From NCBI GenBank assembly GCA_951406725.2, contig OX597815.1:200508001-200572000 (forward strand): DNA of 64,000 nucleotides, written 5' to 3'. The stretch is from Octopus vulgaris (taxonomy: Eukaryota). Below, piece after piece: positions 13,708 to 27,280 of the stretch. Numbering within the stretch: position 1 is the first letter of the stretch; each line of letters begins with the position of its first letter. Below the pieces are notes generated by a model. It ran no database searches and was not told where the DNA came from. It was given only the letters and a program-made list of their open reading frames with translations. A program made the translations under genes and the position numbers.

Positions 13708-14118
13708 GGCGCAGGAGTGGCTGTGTGATAAGTAGCTTGTTTACCAACCACATGGTTCCGGGTTCAATCCCACTGCGTGGCACTTTGGGCAAGTGTCTTC
13801 TGCTATAGCCTCGGGCCGACCAAAGCCTTGTGAGTGGATTTGGTAAACGGAAACTGAAAGAATCCCATCGTATATATGTATATATATATATGTGTGTATG
13901 TGCGTGTATGTTTGTGTGTCTGTGTTTGTCCCCCTAGCATTGCTTGACAACCGATGCTGGTGTGTTTATGCCCCCGTCACTTAGCAGTTCGGCAAAAGAG
14001 ATCGATAGAATAAGTACTGGGCTTACAAAGAATAAGTCCCGGGGGGAAGTTGCTCGATTAAAGGCGGTGCTCCAGCATGGCCGCAGTCAAAATGACTGAA
14101 ACAAGTAAAAAAAGAAGA
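13708..14118 (+). mobile_element. tRNA-derived SINE family A, full length
   Basis: Same head, body and tail as 908-1319. Confidence 0.9.
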
Positions 14119-14452
14119 AAATAAACAGATACGGAAAATAGCACTAATATACACTGCACGCATCCTACGTAAAACACTTTCAATACAATAACTATAAGAA
14201 CATCGCAACAACCTACAGCACATACCCAAGGCGCACAGAGCTGCGCTCGATAGTGCAGTGAAAGCACGTTATAATAATAGTAATAATAATAATAATAATA
14301 ATGATGATAATAATAATAATTATAATAATAATAATAATAATGATAATAATAATAATATTAATAATAATAATAATATTAATAATAAAAATAATAATAATTG
14401 TAATAATAATAATACTACTACAAATAATAATAATAATGATAATAATAATAAT

Positions 14453-14610
14453 AGGGGCTTCAATAAGGGTGGAGCACTTGCAGGAAACAACACTGCTTGG
14501 AACCGTTCGAATAGCCCGGCTGGTGTTCGGAAAATAAGGGCTGTTACTTGAGTTCACTGGTAGTGAACAAATGGCACCGTAGCACATCTCTAGCGATAGA
14601 AGCCGTGCTA
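14453..14610 (+). mobile_element. 5'-truncated R4/Dong-like non-LTR retrotransposon 3' end inside (TAA)n
   Basis: GASIRVEHLQETTLLGTVRIARLVFGK* resembles the LQK..LLGTARI.R.VL C-terminus of RLE-type R4/Dong elements. TAA repeats lie on both sides. Confidence 0.65.
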
Positions 14611-14632
14611 AGAGAATAAATAATAACAATAA

Positions 14633-15032
14633 TAATCTTTCCTGCTATAATTACAAGGCCAGAAATTGTGAGGGAGGAGGTTAGTCAATTACATCGACCC
14701 CAGTGTGTAACTGGTACTTAATTTATCGACCCTGAAAGGATGAAAGGCAAAATCAACCTGGGTGGAATTTGAACTCGGAACGTAACGACGGGCGAAATAC
14801 CTATTTCTTTACTACCCACAAGGGGCTAAACATAGAGGGGACAAACAAGGACAGGCATAGGTATTAAGTCGATTACATCGACCCCAGTGCGGAAGTGGTA
14901 CTTAATTTATCGACCCCGAAAGGATGAAAGGCAAAGTCAACCTCGGCGGAATTTGAACTCACAACGTAACGACAGACGAAATACCGCTAAACATTTCCGC
15001 CGACGTGCTAACAATTCTGATAGCTCACCGTC
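14633..15032 (-). mobile_element. SINE family B (Nin-domain-like), internally duplicated
   Basis: Two tandem copies of GCCTTTCATCCTTTCGGGGTCGATAAATTAAGTACC on the minus strand, head GAGCT...GAATTGTTAGCACG. Another degenerate copy at 15285-15492. Confidence 0.85.
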
Positions 15033-15056
15033 TTAATAATAGCGATAATAATAATG

Positions 15057-15110
<54 letters not shown>

Positions 15111-15180
15111 CTAACAACAACAACAATTATAACAACAACGACAAAAAAACAATAATAACAACAACAACAACAACAACAAC

Positions 15181-15280
<100 letters not shown>

Positions 15281-15635
15281 ATAATATTTTCTACTAAAGG
15301 CACAAGAATTAAAATTTAGGTGAGAGAGCATTAGCAATGTCACCAGTGTTTCACTGGTAATTAATTTATCGACCGCTGAAGAATGAATGGTAAGGCTGAC
15401 CTCGGTGGAATTGAAAATCAGAACATGAAGACGGACGAAATACCTCTAAACTTTTCAGCCGGCATGCTAACAATTCTGCCAGTTCATCGCCTTATTAATA
15501 TTACTAATATACGATTAATACTTATTAATACTACAACTAACATAAAAGTTCCAAGTTTTAGCGCAAGGCTACCTTCTTAGAAATAATGATAATAATAACG
15601 AAAATAAGAATGATAATACATCAAAATATGGTATT

Positions 15636-15810
15636 AAACTTAGATAAACTTAGATATGTTTCGACCAATGATTGGTCCAGGCCATGTCTAACTTAATAGC
15701 ACCACCTGATAGAATTATTTGAATCCTGTTTAAGTCAAGTTTTGTTTATGGACCATTCAAGTAGTGAGTTTTTGGGTATACTGGGCTTCGTACATTTTAC
15801 CCCAGTGATA
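15636..15810 (-). mobile_element. 3' end of a CR1-like LINE
   Basis: Minus: ..CTACTTGAATGG..GGTGGTGCTATTAAGTTAGACATGGCCTGGACCaatcattGGTCGAAAC+(TATCTAAGTT)n. Copies at 20833-20880 and 25640-25930. Confidence 0.7.
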
Positions 15811-15820
15811 TTTTTATAGC

Positions 15821-16850
<1,030 letters not shown>

Positions 16851-16924
16851 ACAAGATCATTAGGATCATTAATATGACAATAATAATCACCATTCTTTTA
16901 ATCAGCATCAATTTTATTTCATGA

Positions 16925-17294
16925 CTAGCAGTATCGCCCGGCGTTGCTCGGGTTTGTAAGGGAAATAACTATAAAGCATTTTTAGAGAGTTATAGCCTAA
17001 AAATGGGGAAAAAAATGATGGTAAATTTTTTTTAGTTAAAAAGGTCGAGTTGCGTCCCCTAGACAGTCTGTGGTTTGTGTTTCTGATTCTCGACCCCATG
17101 TCGAATTTATCGATTTTATTCAGAACTGGGGGAACTTTTCAAAATTTTCGCTGCGTTAGTTTTGAATTATGACATTGGGCTATGTGTGTGTCAAGTTTCA
17201 TCAGAATCGGTTGAAAGCCGTGGTCAGAGTGAGGGTACGAGAAAACAGACACACAGAAAACGCACAGACAAACTGCCGTTTATATAGAGAGAGA
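16925..17294 (-). mobile_element. Non-autonomous Helitron-like element
   Basis: Minus strand: A|TC...CCCGAGCAACGCCGGG hairpin...CTAG|T, the canonical Helitron termini and AT target. Confidence 0.8.
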
Positions 17295-17749
17295 TTATTT
17301 ACCGACCTTCGCAATAATGATATTTTCCATTTTTTCTCCCAACATATTTCGTATGATGTTCTGTTCAAGTTTATAGATTCGTTAATGAAATAAACACAAA
17401 GCCTACAATTTCTTAAAACCGTATACTTCAGTGTAGAGATAATATTTTAGAGTCAATTAGCAAAGTCTTTCGGAGGATAACTAAATGAAGAGGGAGGAAT
17501 TTGAGAACTAAGACGAGAAAGATATTGGGAGGATTACTTAGTACTGAAGTGAATAGATTCAACTGTCTATTCAAATCACTTGTCTTAGGGTGTAATATCA
17601 CGAGGTTCTCTTTCTAATATTACAAGATGCAAAGTTCAAGAGAATGAAAGCAAGATGGTAAAACACTTCGGCTGTTATATAAACAAATGGACATAGTTGA
17701 CTTATACTACACACTCTGATGTCTATTGGCTTCTATATATATATAGTAA

Positions 17750-17990
17750 TGTTTATATATCAACAGAATGTAGACGTCCAATAAAGGTCGATATTACTGT
17801 TGTTTTAGCCCCAAGAAAACAAAATTTATAGCTGATTATCGACTCAGAGTCTGTGTCCTTATAGCATTTGCGAGGGAGGTCATCGCTCCCATCTCTAGCC
17901 TTACGTGATACTCACAGACCTAAATTTCTGGATGCTATTCTTTCTCAGTGTGAGATAATCACAAGCTAGTGACAAAAGGTCTCTCCACAT
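17750..17990 (-). mobile_element. Old diverged relative of family R1 with degenerate HHR (17911-17954)
   Basis: gttttagccccaagaa..ctgtgtccttata..tttgcgagggag resembles 4280-4360. Minus: CTCACA-CTGAGAA-..-GAAA-TTTAG-GTC-TGTGAG with a perfect 6-bp stem I. Confidence 0.55.
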
Positions 17991-18033
17991 ATATATATGT
18001 GTGTGTAACGCTATACATTTATACACACACAGG

Positions 18034-18083
<50 letters not shown>

Positions 18084-18439
18084 TAACTATGTCGTAATTA
18101 TGTATTCATATAAATATGTGTGTATATATATAGTTAACATACATGCATATGCATATATGTTTAAGTTCACATGTTTAAGATTGTTCCTTTACATGAGTGC
18201 ATGCAAAATTATTTGTGTTTCTGGGTTACATATACATATATGATAATACGCATAAGTTTCAGAGACAAGAATATACACACACGTATATTTATATATCTCT
18301 ACTAAAATCATATATACTTTATAAACAGTCACATTCATATGGATATATGCTAATATATGTTTGAATGCAAGACGAACGTAGTGGTCTAAACTTTTCATAT
18401 GAATATGGATTTGCAGTGAATATATACTTAGATACATAC

Positions 18440-18504
<65 letters not shown>

Positions 18505-19020
18505 TGTGTGTGTGTATGTGTGTGCGTAGGAGTCGTTCATATAGTACATACTTAGTTTAATAATTCTGGTCACAATATGTGTTAAATAATTACCATAAAA
18601 TTTTGTTGGATGTAAATTTGAGTCATTATACGAATATATATTTATATGTATAGATAGAGACACTGACATTTCTCTGTCTCTCTTTCTCTGTGTATATATG
18701 CGAGTGCGTGCGTGTGCGAGTCCGTGTGGGTAACTGTGTGCATATTTATATACATAAACTGTACATACATATATAATACTCATACATACATGCATACATA
18801 TATATGTATATATATAAATATTTATTTATGTATCTATGCATGTATATATCCATGTATGTTTATATGCGTGTATATATGTATTTGTATATCGGTAAAGATG
18901 CTAGTATGTGTACGTAAACTTTCTGATATGCATTTTGTGAGACTATGCATAAATCTATTATTTATGTCTATTTGCAACGATGGTACGAGTGAATATTTAA
19001 ATATATCTAAATATCTATCC

Positions 19021-19140
<120 letters not shown>

Positions 19141-19143
19141 CTG

Positions 19144-19195
<52 letters not shown>

Positions 19196-19197
<2 letters not shown>

Positions 19198-19397
19198 TCG
19201 TTTAAACGTCCGCTTTCCATGCTAGCATGAGTTGGACGATTTTGACTGAGGGCTGGCGAACTAGATGTCTGCACCAGGATCCAATCTTGATCTGGCAGAA
19301 TCTCTACAGCTGGATACCCTTCCTAACGCCAACTGCTCCGAGAGTGTAGCGGGTGCTTTTTACGTGCCACCGGCACGGGGGCCAGTCAGGCGGTACT

Positions 19398-19400
<3 letters not shown>
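19196..19400 (-). mobile_element. 3' part of an RTE-tailed SINE/LINE
   Basis: Minus: GGCGTTAGGAAGGGTATCCAGCTGTAG...CATGCTAGCATGGAAAGCGGACGTTTAAACGATG, a typical RTE-type tail. Confidence 0.65.
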
Positions 19401-19466
<66 letters not shown>

Positions 19467-19616
19467 GCAAGATTAATCAGCCGAAATTGCGAGGATGACC
19501 CGGTCCTTGACTGAAGATTAGAGGCTTAGAATAAGCCGTCCGTGTTTTTTGTATCGTCTGTTTGAATGTTCTGCGTTCTTGTCCCATTTTGTATTTATAT
19601 ATATATATGTATATAC

Positions 19617-19658
<42 letters not shown>

Positions 19659-19839
19659 ATGTATATATATACATATATATATAAATATGTGTATAGATGC
19701 GTATTTATGTATATGTGTATATACTTACTATACATAACTACACACACTTCTAGATAAACACACACATAAATATATTAAATATATAAAGACTACGAATACT
19801 GGAGTAGATTTGTATGGAGCTATATAACATAGATATATT

Positions 19840-20280
19840 CAGTTAAACTTTGTGATATCATGGTACATTTGAGTAGGGAGTTCTGGTTGAGTGAGTTGTA
19901 CCCGATATACCTTGAAGAAATTTCTCCTGATTAAGTTTAAAGTTGATGAGATCCTTTTCCTCTTTGATCTGTTTCGGGACAATGTTAAGCAGGGTAGCTC
20001 CTGTTGAGAAAAGAGATTGTGTTGCAATGTATTTATGTTTTGTGAACCTAAATTAAATAGGGGACGTGTGCCCTATGGTCCCAGTCTTAGATGAATTTTC
20101 AGGCTAATGCTGAAGTCGTTTGGGCCATGTTGGTTGTATATTCTCCACATCGTGCAAATGATGTAAGGCTCACGACGGCGCTGTAGAGAATAGAGTTTCA
20201 ATGTTTTAAGGCAGTCCCAATAAACGAGATCAGTCATGCCTCTGAACGGGAAGGTTCTTAGGAGCTCATCTTCGACCTAT
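19840..20280 (-). pseudogene. CR1-like LINE ORF2 C-terminal remnant
   Basis: GMTDLVYWDCLKTLKLYSLQRRREPYIICTMWRI.. followed by sequence homologous to 25830-25930. Confidence 0.75.
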
Positions 20281-20361
20281 GTTGACCATAACCACTAAGC
20301 CACGCATCCTCACACACACACATACTCACAAACCCGCACACATACACAGGCATTTATATAC

Positions 20362-20423
<62 letters not shown>

Positions 20424-20563
20424 ATATATATATATATATATTATCTTTTATTAAAGTTTTAATACTTTTGATATATATTTAAAATAATATAAATTAATTC
20501 ATTTTGTGTATTGGCTTATGTTTTTCATTGTTTGATTTGCCTAATGGTGGTTTTATCTCTAAT

Positions 20564-20614
<51 letters not shown>

Positions 20615-20620
<6 letters not shown>

Positions 20621-20825
20621 TAATCCAAACAAGAAAGCACAAAAGAACACAACAACGCGAGGACGTGGAACAAATATAGTATTATTCGACGCTCAGGAAA
20701 GAAGGAAAGAAGGAAGGTTTAATGTTTCGAGCGGAGCACTTCGTCGGAAACATAGGAAAAGGATAGATCCAGAGAAGGAAAGACAGAGCAAAATAATCGC
20801 CAGCGGTACACACGAGGTCACATTT
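20615..20825 (-). mobile_element. TA-adjacent short element family R4 with minimal HHR-like motif (20717-20751, mutated)
   Basis: Near-identical to 25329-25525 and 54045-54250. Confidence 0.75.
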
Positions 20826-21999
20826 TCGTCACCTTAGATATGCTTCGATCAAAGATTGGCCCAGGCCATATCTAACGTCACTGAACCAATTGATTTGCTA
20901 TATAAGAAATTGGGATGACAACGGATATGAACATCTTTGTTACGATTTTCATTAGCTTCATTTCTTTATGTACTCTCATTATAATTTCTTATTAGCACTC
21001 TGTACTCGCCTGGCATTGAAGCATATGTATATCGAGTTCTCAGATCGGGTTAACAATGCGATACCTCTGCAAAATATTATAATAATGTGTGAGTGTGTGT
21101 ACGCGCGCGAATGTGTTTGTGTGTGTGTTTATGTATACAAACACACATACATGCATACATTTGTCCGTTGTCTTAGTGTTTGAAAAATTCAGGATTTAAA
21201 ATCTCTCTTGACTTCCTTGTTGCTTATTCTAGCAATGTGAATCATATGTTGAGAATCTTTGACATTTGTTTAAGAACTTACCAAACACCAAATATGTCAC
21301 TTTATTCGTAGGGGCACCAAGAAATTGATTCTTTTTCTGGTGGAAACCAGTATATACATAGCCATATGAGATGCCGTCTTTTCTTTTGCGCTAAATGTCG
21401 AACTCAAACAGAGGAAATCAAAGTTGACATAAAATGGTTTATTCAAATGCAGAAAGCCCTGACAGATATCGCTATGTTTTCGACAGATAACATATATAAG
21501 AGAAAATCAGCGGCTTGAAAACTGGGAAAAAAGGTGACAGTTCACCATTAAATATAAGCTCATTGTGACCAAAGGTTAACAACTCGAAATGAAATGTTAA
21601 CAACAAGCACAATATTATTAATGTCGATCACTACAATGAATATAACAGTTAAGTGATAAAGACCAACCTAAAGAGACAAAATGAATATTAGTAGTTGACT
21701 TCGACAACAATATTAGTCTTAGCATTTTCACGTCGGTTAGAGACATGCAAAACAACATACACCATATAAACAAATGCATACATACATGTATGTATAAATA
21801 TTTATGGTTCAAATTTATAGAACAACGAAGACAGATGTACGAACAAGCAAGTATTATAAGTCTGCCGCTCAGAGAAAATAGAAAACTCTTTTACGTTTCG
21901 AGCCTACGCGTTTCGACAGAAAGCAATAAGAGGAAATAGAGAGAGAATGAACAAAACGTTTAGAGTGGGACAATATATATATATATATATTTATATATA

Positions 22000-22180
22000 C
22001 CGGAGTAAACACATAAATGTGAAACAAGGTGGTAAAATGCGTACTCAAATACCAGAGGTAGAGTAATATGCTATATTTAAAAGCAGTTTCGTTAATTTAA
22101 CAAAACTGTCCGCCGTCCGGGAAGGTGAAACTCCGCGTAACAGCTTTTGTTAAGTTTCTGCTGCTTTTAAATAAAGTATA
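22000..22180 (+). mobile_element. TA-flanked element with inverted segment and degenerate HHR-like motif
   Basis: 22068-22086 is inverted relative to 22158-22180. AAAACTGT-ccgccgt-..-GAAAC-TCCGC-GTA-ACAGCTTTT at 22102-22148. Confidence 0.45.
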
Positions 22181-22190
22181 TATATATATA

Positions 22191-22963
22191 GGTAAGAAAG
22201 TTGGTATGTGAAAGCACGTGGTTGAATATATAGAAAATAGTTAAAAGTGAAAAACTACAGAAGGTTGTTTTAAAAGGTTAAGAAATATATAGACCGAACT
22301 GTGCAACATGTCCAAACCTGCTAGAAGGATCAGAATTCCTCTTCAAAGAGGGACAGAAATTCAAGATCAAATCTAATTTTACTTGTGCCTCTGAAAACAT
22401 AATTTATGTCATAAAATGCTCGGGCTGCCACCAAGACTACGTGGGATCCACGGGACTATCACTCAGACGTAGATGCACACTGCATCGACAACAGATTGCA
22501 TTCCCAGAATACAGAATGATACCCTTTAGTGAGCACATTGAGAAATGCGCAAAGCAACTACTACCACAATTTTTAATCATTCCATTCTACCAATGTGCTA
22601 TCGGAACACCAACACAAATTAGACTAAACAAGGAAACATTCTTCATTGAAAAATACAAGCCCAAGCTTAACCATTCCAACATACTTATACAGAGAAACAC
22701 TATCCAAAAGAAAGGCAAAAAATTTTAAGCGATTTTCTCCCTTACACCGGAAGAAATCACTTATTATCTAGATCTCCGCTCAACGTAAACATAACGATTT
22801 AAGAAATTTGAAAAGCTGAACGCGAAACCGGTCATTTCTTCTAAACTATGTCATTGTATGAAAAAAATTTATAACATTCTTCAGACATATTGACTCAAAT
22901 ATATATCATTAACCTTTTAAAACAAGCCTTCTGTAGTTTTTTCACTTTTTACTATGTTATCTA

Positions 22964-22965
<2 letters not shown>
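22191..22965 (+). mobile_element. 5'-truncated PLE (Neptune-like) with open GIY-YIG frame 22291-22728, U3-A8 HHR and inverted 5' pLTR fragment
   Basis: RPNCATCPNLLEG..KSNFTCASENIIYVIKCSGCHQDYVGSTGLSLRRRCTLHRQQI..SEHIEKC..KETFFIEKYKPKLN. 22228-22290 is inverted relative to 22900-22965. Confidence 0.9.
22801..22840 (+). ncRNA. Minimal type-I hammerhead, U3-A8 variant
   Basis: AAGAAAT-TTGAAAA-GC tgaac GC-GAAAC-CG-GTC-ATTTCTT: perfect 7-bp stem I and palindromic ACCGGT stem III. Confidence 0.7.
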
Positions 22966-23001
<36 letters not shown>

Positions 23002-23021
23002 TGTCTGTATAGACAGATAGA

Positions 23022-23200
23022 TTCTTTTATTCTTTTAATTGTTTGTTAGTTGTTTCATTTTGGCCATGCTGGAGCATCACCTTTAGTCGAACAAATCGAC
23101 CCCAGGAATTATTTTTATAAACCTAGTACTTACTGTATCGGTTCCTTTTGTTGAACCGCGAAGATATGAAGGACGCAAACACTCCAAAATCGGTTTTCAA
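23022..23200 (-). mobile_element. SINE family A, degenerate 3' half
   Basis: tggccatgctggagcatcacctttagtcgaacaaatcgacccc.. Confidence 0.75.
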
Positions 23201-24179
23201 CGCTCATATTTATAGAAGACTCTTTAGACTCCAACGTCTTTGACTCCCAATGCCTTCAAACACTTGAATGGTAAACCAAAGAATATTATACACTGTTTTC
23301 TAAGTTCAGTTTGAAGAGAGGCATTGGAATCTGAAGGTATAAGTGCCTGGTTCATTTATCTCAGCCACGTTATTCACACGTGGATGAGATAACCAACTAG
23401 ATTTTTTGAATTTTAATTTGTGTATGAGTTTGGAGAGTTGTATATACACTGCGGAATATTTTGTTCCTGGGGTATGTAGAGCTGTTTATAATCATATACA
23501 TATGATTTTGTTATACTGACGAGTAAACATGGGTTTTCCCCGTCATTCCAAAAATAATTGATCCATAGCTGAATAGTAGAGGATAGTCTCATGATTGGTC
23601 TTAGAAATTTTTATATGTTCCCCGCTACGTCGTGTGTTAGTATCAAGTAACAATGTTTGGCGTCGTAATTTAAGGCTGACGCAGTTGACTGAACAAGTCG
23701 AAACAATCAATGTTTTCTGTCAAGTGTTTGTAGAGAATGTCTATGCTTTAGTGTCACGTGACAGTAGATCTTGCACCTAAAAAGAAGGCCGAAACAGTGA
23801 AGTGCACATGTTAAGTTATAATCGAGGCACTCCAAATTTGATCTGTTTCGTGGAAGAGTGAACAGGAGTCTTTTGTATGTAGTTCAATGGCTACAATTTA
23901 GGTTGTTAGCTGTGTAGCTTTCTCATGATAATTGGCAGAATGTATTTTCATTTTGAATAGTTATTTGTGTATGTGCTCTGCTAAAATTTGATAAGTCTTG
24001 GTTTGTTATTTTTGTATGAATGTATTTTCTGTGTTAATCCGTCCTGCATCTATGGTATTCACTCAAGATCGGTAAAGTGGAAAGACTGGAAGTTGGCAGA
24101 CTTATTTTTCACTTGATACTAACGCACGGATGTAGCAGGGAACCTACAGAATTTTATAAAACCAGTAAGATAACTATAG

Positions 24180-24420
24180 TCTACCAATCGAATCTTACTC
24201 AAAATATATACCAATTTGAGCCATGAACTCCCTATAAAAACAGAGCAAACTTCAAACGCCAATCAGAAGCCAGACAGTTGTTACATAAGCCACGTCTTTC
24301 TATTCGTACTTTTGACAATCAGTGTAAACTGTGAAACCGGTTAAAGCTTCCAATACATTAATAAAACATATTTCAACTATTCTCAGTGTATTTTCAACTA
24401 TGATTTTTCCTGTGTATCTA
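24180..24420 (+). mobile_element. Probable solo PLE end with HHR-like motif (24309-24346)
   Basis: CTT-TTGACAA-tCAG tgtaaa CTGt-GAAAC-CG-GTT-AAAG; stem I is imperfect. Confidence 0.45.
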
Positions 24421-25328
24421 TGTCTCACCTTCCGTTTTTACATATTTATCAATATTCATGTAAACACATTGTTACGTTTACGAATTTGTTTTACAAGAAT
24501 CCTGATGTGAAATCGTGTGTTGAAACTGATATTGTTATATTTTATGATTGTCATTCTTTTTCTCTTACCAAACACATGCATTATGTATTCATTCTTCACT
24601 GGTTTATTTCTGCATTTATGTTATGTCCAGTGTATAGAGATCTTTCGTTACACAATTGTAACTTCTTCAGCGTCTTTCTATCCCAAGTGTCTTCTGTTGT
24701 GCTTAATCTTTTCTGTCTTTCTACGCTGTGTATCCTCATTGTCGCATGCGTTTGCTTTTGTATCTGTGGTTGTAAGTGCTGGGTGTGTTCGCATCTGTAT
24801 GTAATTTGCCTGTATGTTTTGTGTGGGTATATGAGTTTGCTTACTACACTGTTTGTATCCGTGTCTTTTATGTATTTATTTGACTAGTTACTTACTACGA
24901 TATCTCTAGTTTCCCCATTTCATCTTAAGTATGTATATTTGTGCCTTGTGTGCGTGTGTACAAAGGTTTATAGATAATGCTGCTTGTATCTTTTTGTATC
25001 TGTCTCCAGTTTTTCTCCCATTCCGTCATTAGTGGTCATGTTACATATTGTGGTGGAAGGTGATGCTATTGTTCCATTCGTGTTTTCTGGTAAGTGATTC
25101 AGTAATCTATCTCTGTTTCGTGATTGTTCTTTGCATCGATAATACTTTAACATCTATGTTATTAGCCGAATCTCTATGTTTTAATTGAGCATCTTGTTAG
25201 ACGAATGAGGAGGCTTTCCCGTCTTTGACATCCGGTTAGTCATCACCTATCTACACTGCTATGATATGTGCCGACTAACCAATGTAAGTTGTATTTATAC
25301 TGAAGCATACAGACACACGTATTTATAT

Positions 25329-25525
25329 AAAGTTAATCCAAACAAGAAAACACAAAAAAACACAACAACGCAAGGACGTGGTACAAATATAGTATTATTG
25401 GACGCTCAGGAAAGAAGGAAAGAGGGGTTTAACGTTTCGAGCGGAGCTCTTCGTCGGAAATATAGGAGAAGGAAAGATCCAGAGAAGGGAAGACAGAGGA
25501 AATAAATCGCCAACGGTACACATGC
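25329..25525 (-). mobile_element. Family R4 copy, HHR-like motif 25427-25461
   Basis: Minus: TTT-CCGACGA-A-GAGC tcc GCTC-GAAAC-GTT-AAAC. Confidence 0.75.
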
Positions 25526-25639
25526 TCATATATATATTTTACATAGAATGCTGATGTAACACAGCAATTTATATATATGTATATATATTTACATACACGA
25601 TTGTATGTCGGATGTATGTCTAAAATACAATGCCCACTA

Positions 25640-25930
25640 TAAACTTAGATAAACTTAGATATATTTCGACCAAAGATTGGTCCAGGCCATGTCTAACTTA
25701 ATAGCACCACCTGATAGGATTATTCGAATCCTGTTTAAGGCAAGTTTTGTTTAAGTCAAGATTTGTTCAAGTAGTGAGTTCCTGTTGGGTGTGTTGTATC
25801 AAGTTTTGTTCAAGTAGTGAGTTCTTGTTGGGTGAGTTGTATCCAATTATGGGTGACTTATCTGGTATTCTTTGAAGGAATCTATTCAGACTCCGTTTAA
25901 AGTTGATGGGATCCTTTTCACTTTGATTAT
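25640..25930 (-). mobile_element. CR1-like LINE 3' end (ORF2 C-terminus + UTR)
   Basis: EKDPINFKRSLNRFLQRIPDKSPIIGYNSPNKNSLLE then the same tail as 15636, with a local duplication at 25740-25830. Confidence 0.75.
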
Positions 25931-26094
25931 CCCATAAATATTAGTTTACACTACATACTGTTAATTTATCATGTAACAGCTTCAAGCCAGCTTATCCGAA
26001 TAGTTATAAACCTTCTGCGTTGAGCTCATCTTATTTGATGTACCTCAAGAATACATCCGGACAATGAAAACAAATTTGGGACACAAAGACGTAG

Positions 26095-26161
<67 letters not shown>

Positions 26162-26544
26162 TATGTGTGTGAGCGTGTGAGCGTGTGTGTGTGTGTGTGT
26201 GTTTGTATGAACAAGTTTGTGTGTATGTTCGTGCGCCTGTATATGTGTGTGTAAATGAGCGGGTGTATGCATTCTCATGTATGAGATTAATTGTGTTCGA
26301 TTTTGTGTGTATATGTGGCAGCAACAAAGTGAGAAGGTAATTGATTTATCGATAAGTGTGTGTGCGTAACCCACTCTCAAAAAACATTATGAACCTGCTT
26401 TTCTTCTAAATAGCTAATGATCTATTTTTCTATGCTTTTTATAGCTAGCAACCTATTATTAATCACAATATTTATTTTTAGCGTCAAACAAGCACTAAAC
26501 ACTATATATACGTATATATACACTATGTCTATCATCTATATATA

Positions 26545-26666
<122 letters not shown>

Positions 26667-26740
26667 TATATATATATAGATATATACATATGTACATATA
26701 TACTTATACATATGCACACAAACATATATACACATATATA

Positions 26741-26786
<46 letters not shown>

Positions 26787-27184
26787 TGTATATATATTAT
26801 ATATAGATGATAGACATAGTGTATATTTTGTGCACGATGCACCACAGGCACACAAACACACAGACACACATGCTCATACTTATAAATAGACACTATATTT
26901 AGATATTATTGTCTCCTTTATTTTCTTACCTATGAAATGAAAAATACAGGTATGGACTTCAGAATTACCATGGGTTTCTTAGCCTCATTTCTCAACATTT
27001 CATATTCTTGCATTTCAATTATTCAGCTTACATATTATGTCTAAAATATTAGGAGTTACCTCTAAAATACATGTACATATATGCACGTATTTATATAGAC
27101 GCATATGTGTGTAATGGGTGTGCACGCGCTTGTGTGTATATACATATATATATGTATAAGTATATAAATATATATATATATATG

Positions 27185-27251
<67 letters not shown>

Positions 27252-27280
27252 ATGAATATAATATATGTCTACATATATAT

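Noticed and set aside
19466-19595. TA-flanked piece with CGAAA...CTGAAGA
   Set aside because: I could not build consistent stems; probably another small element, but the ribozyme is unsupported.
23280-24010. Possible LINE RT relic on the minus strand (KFGVP), and an RTE-like relic at 58030-58330
   Set aside because: Too degenerate to call by eye.
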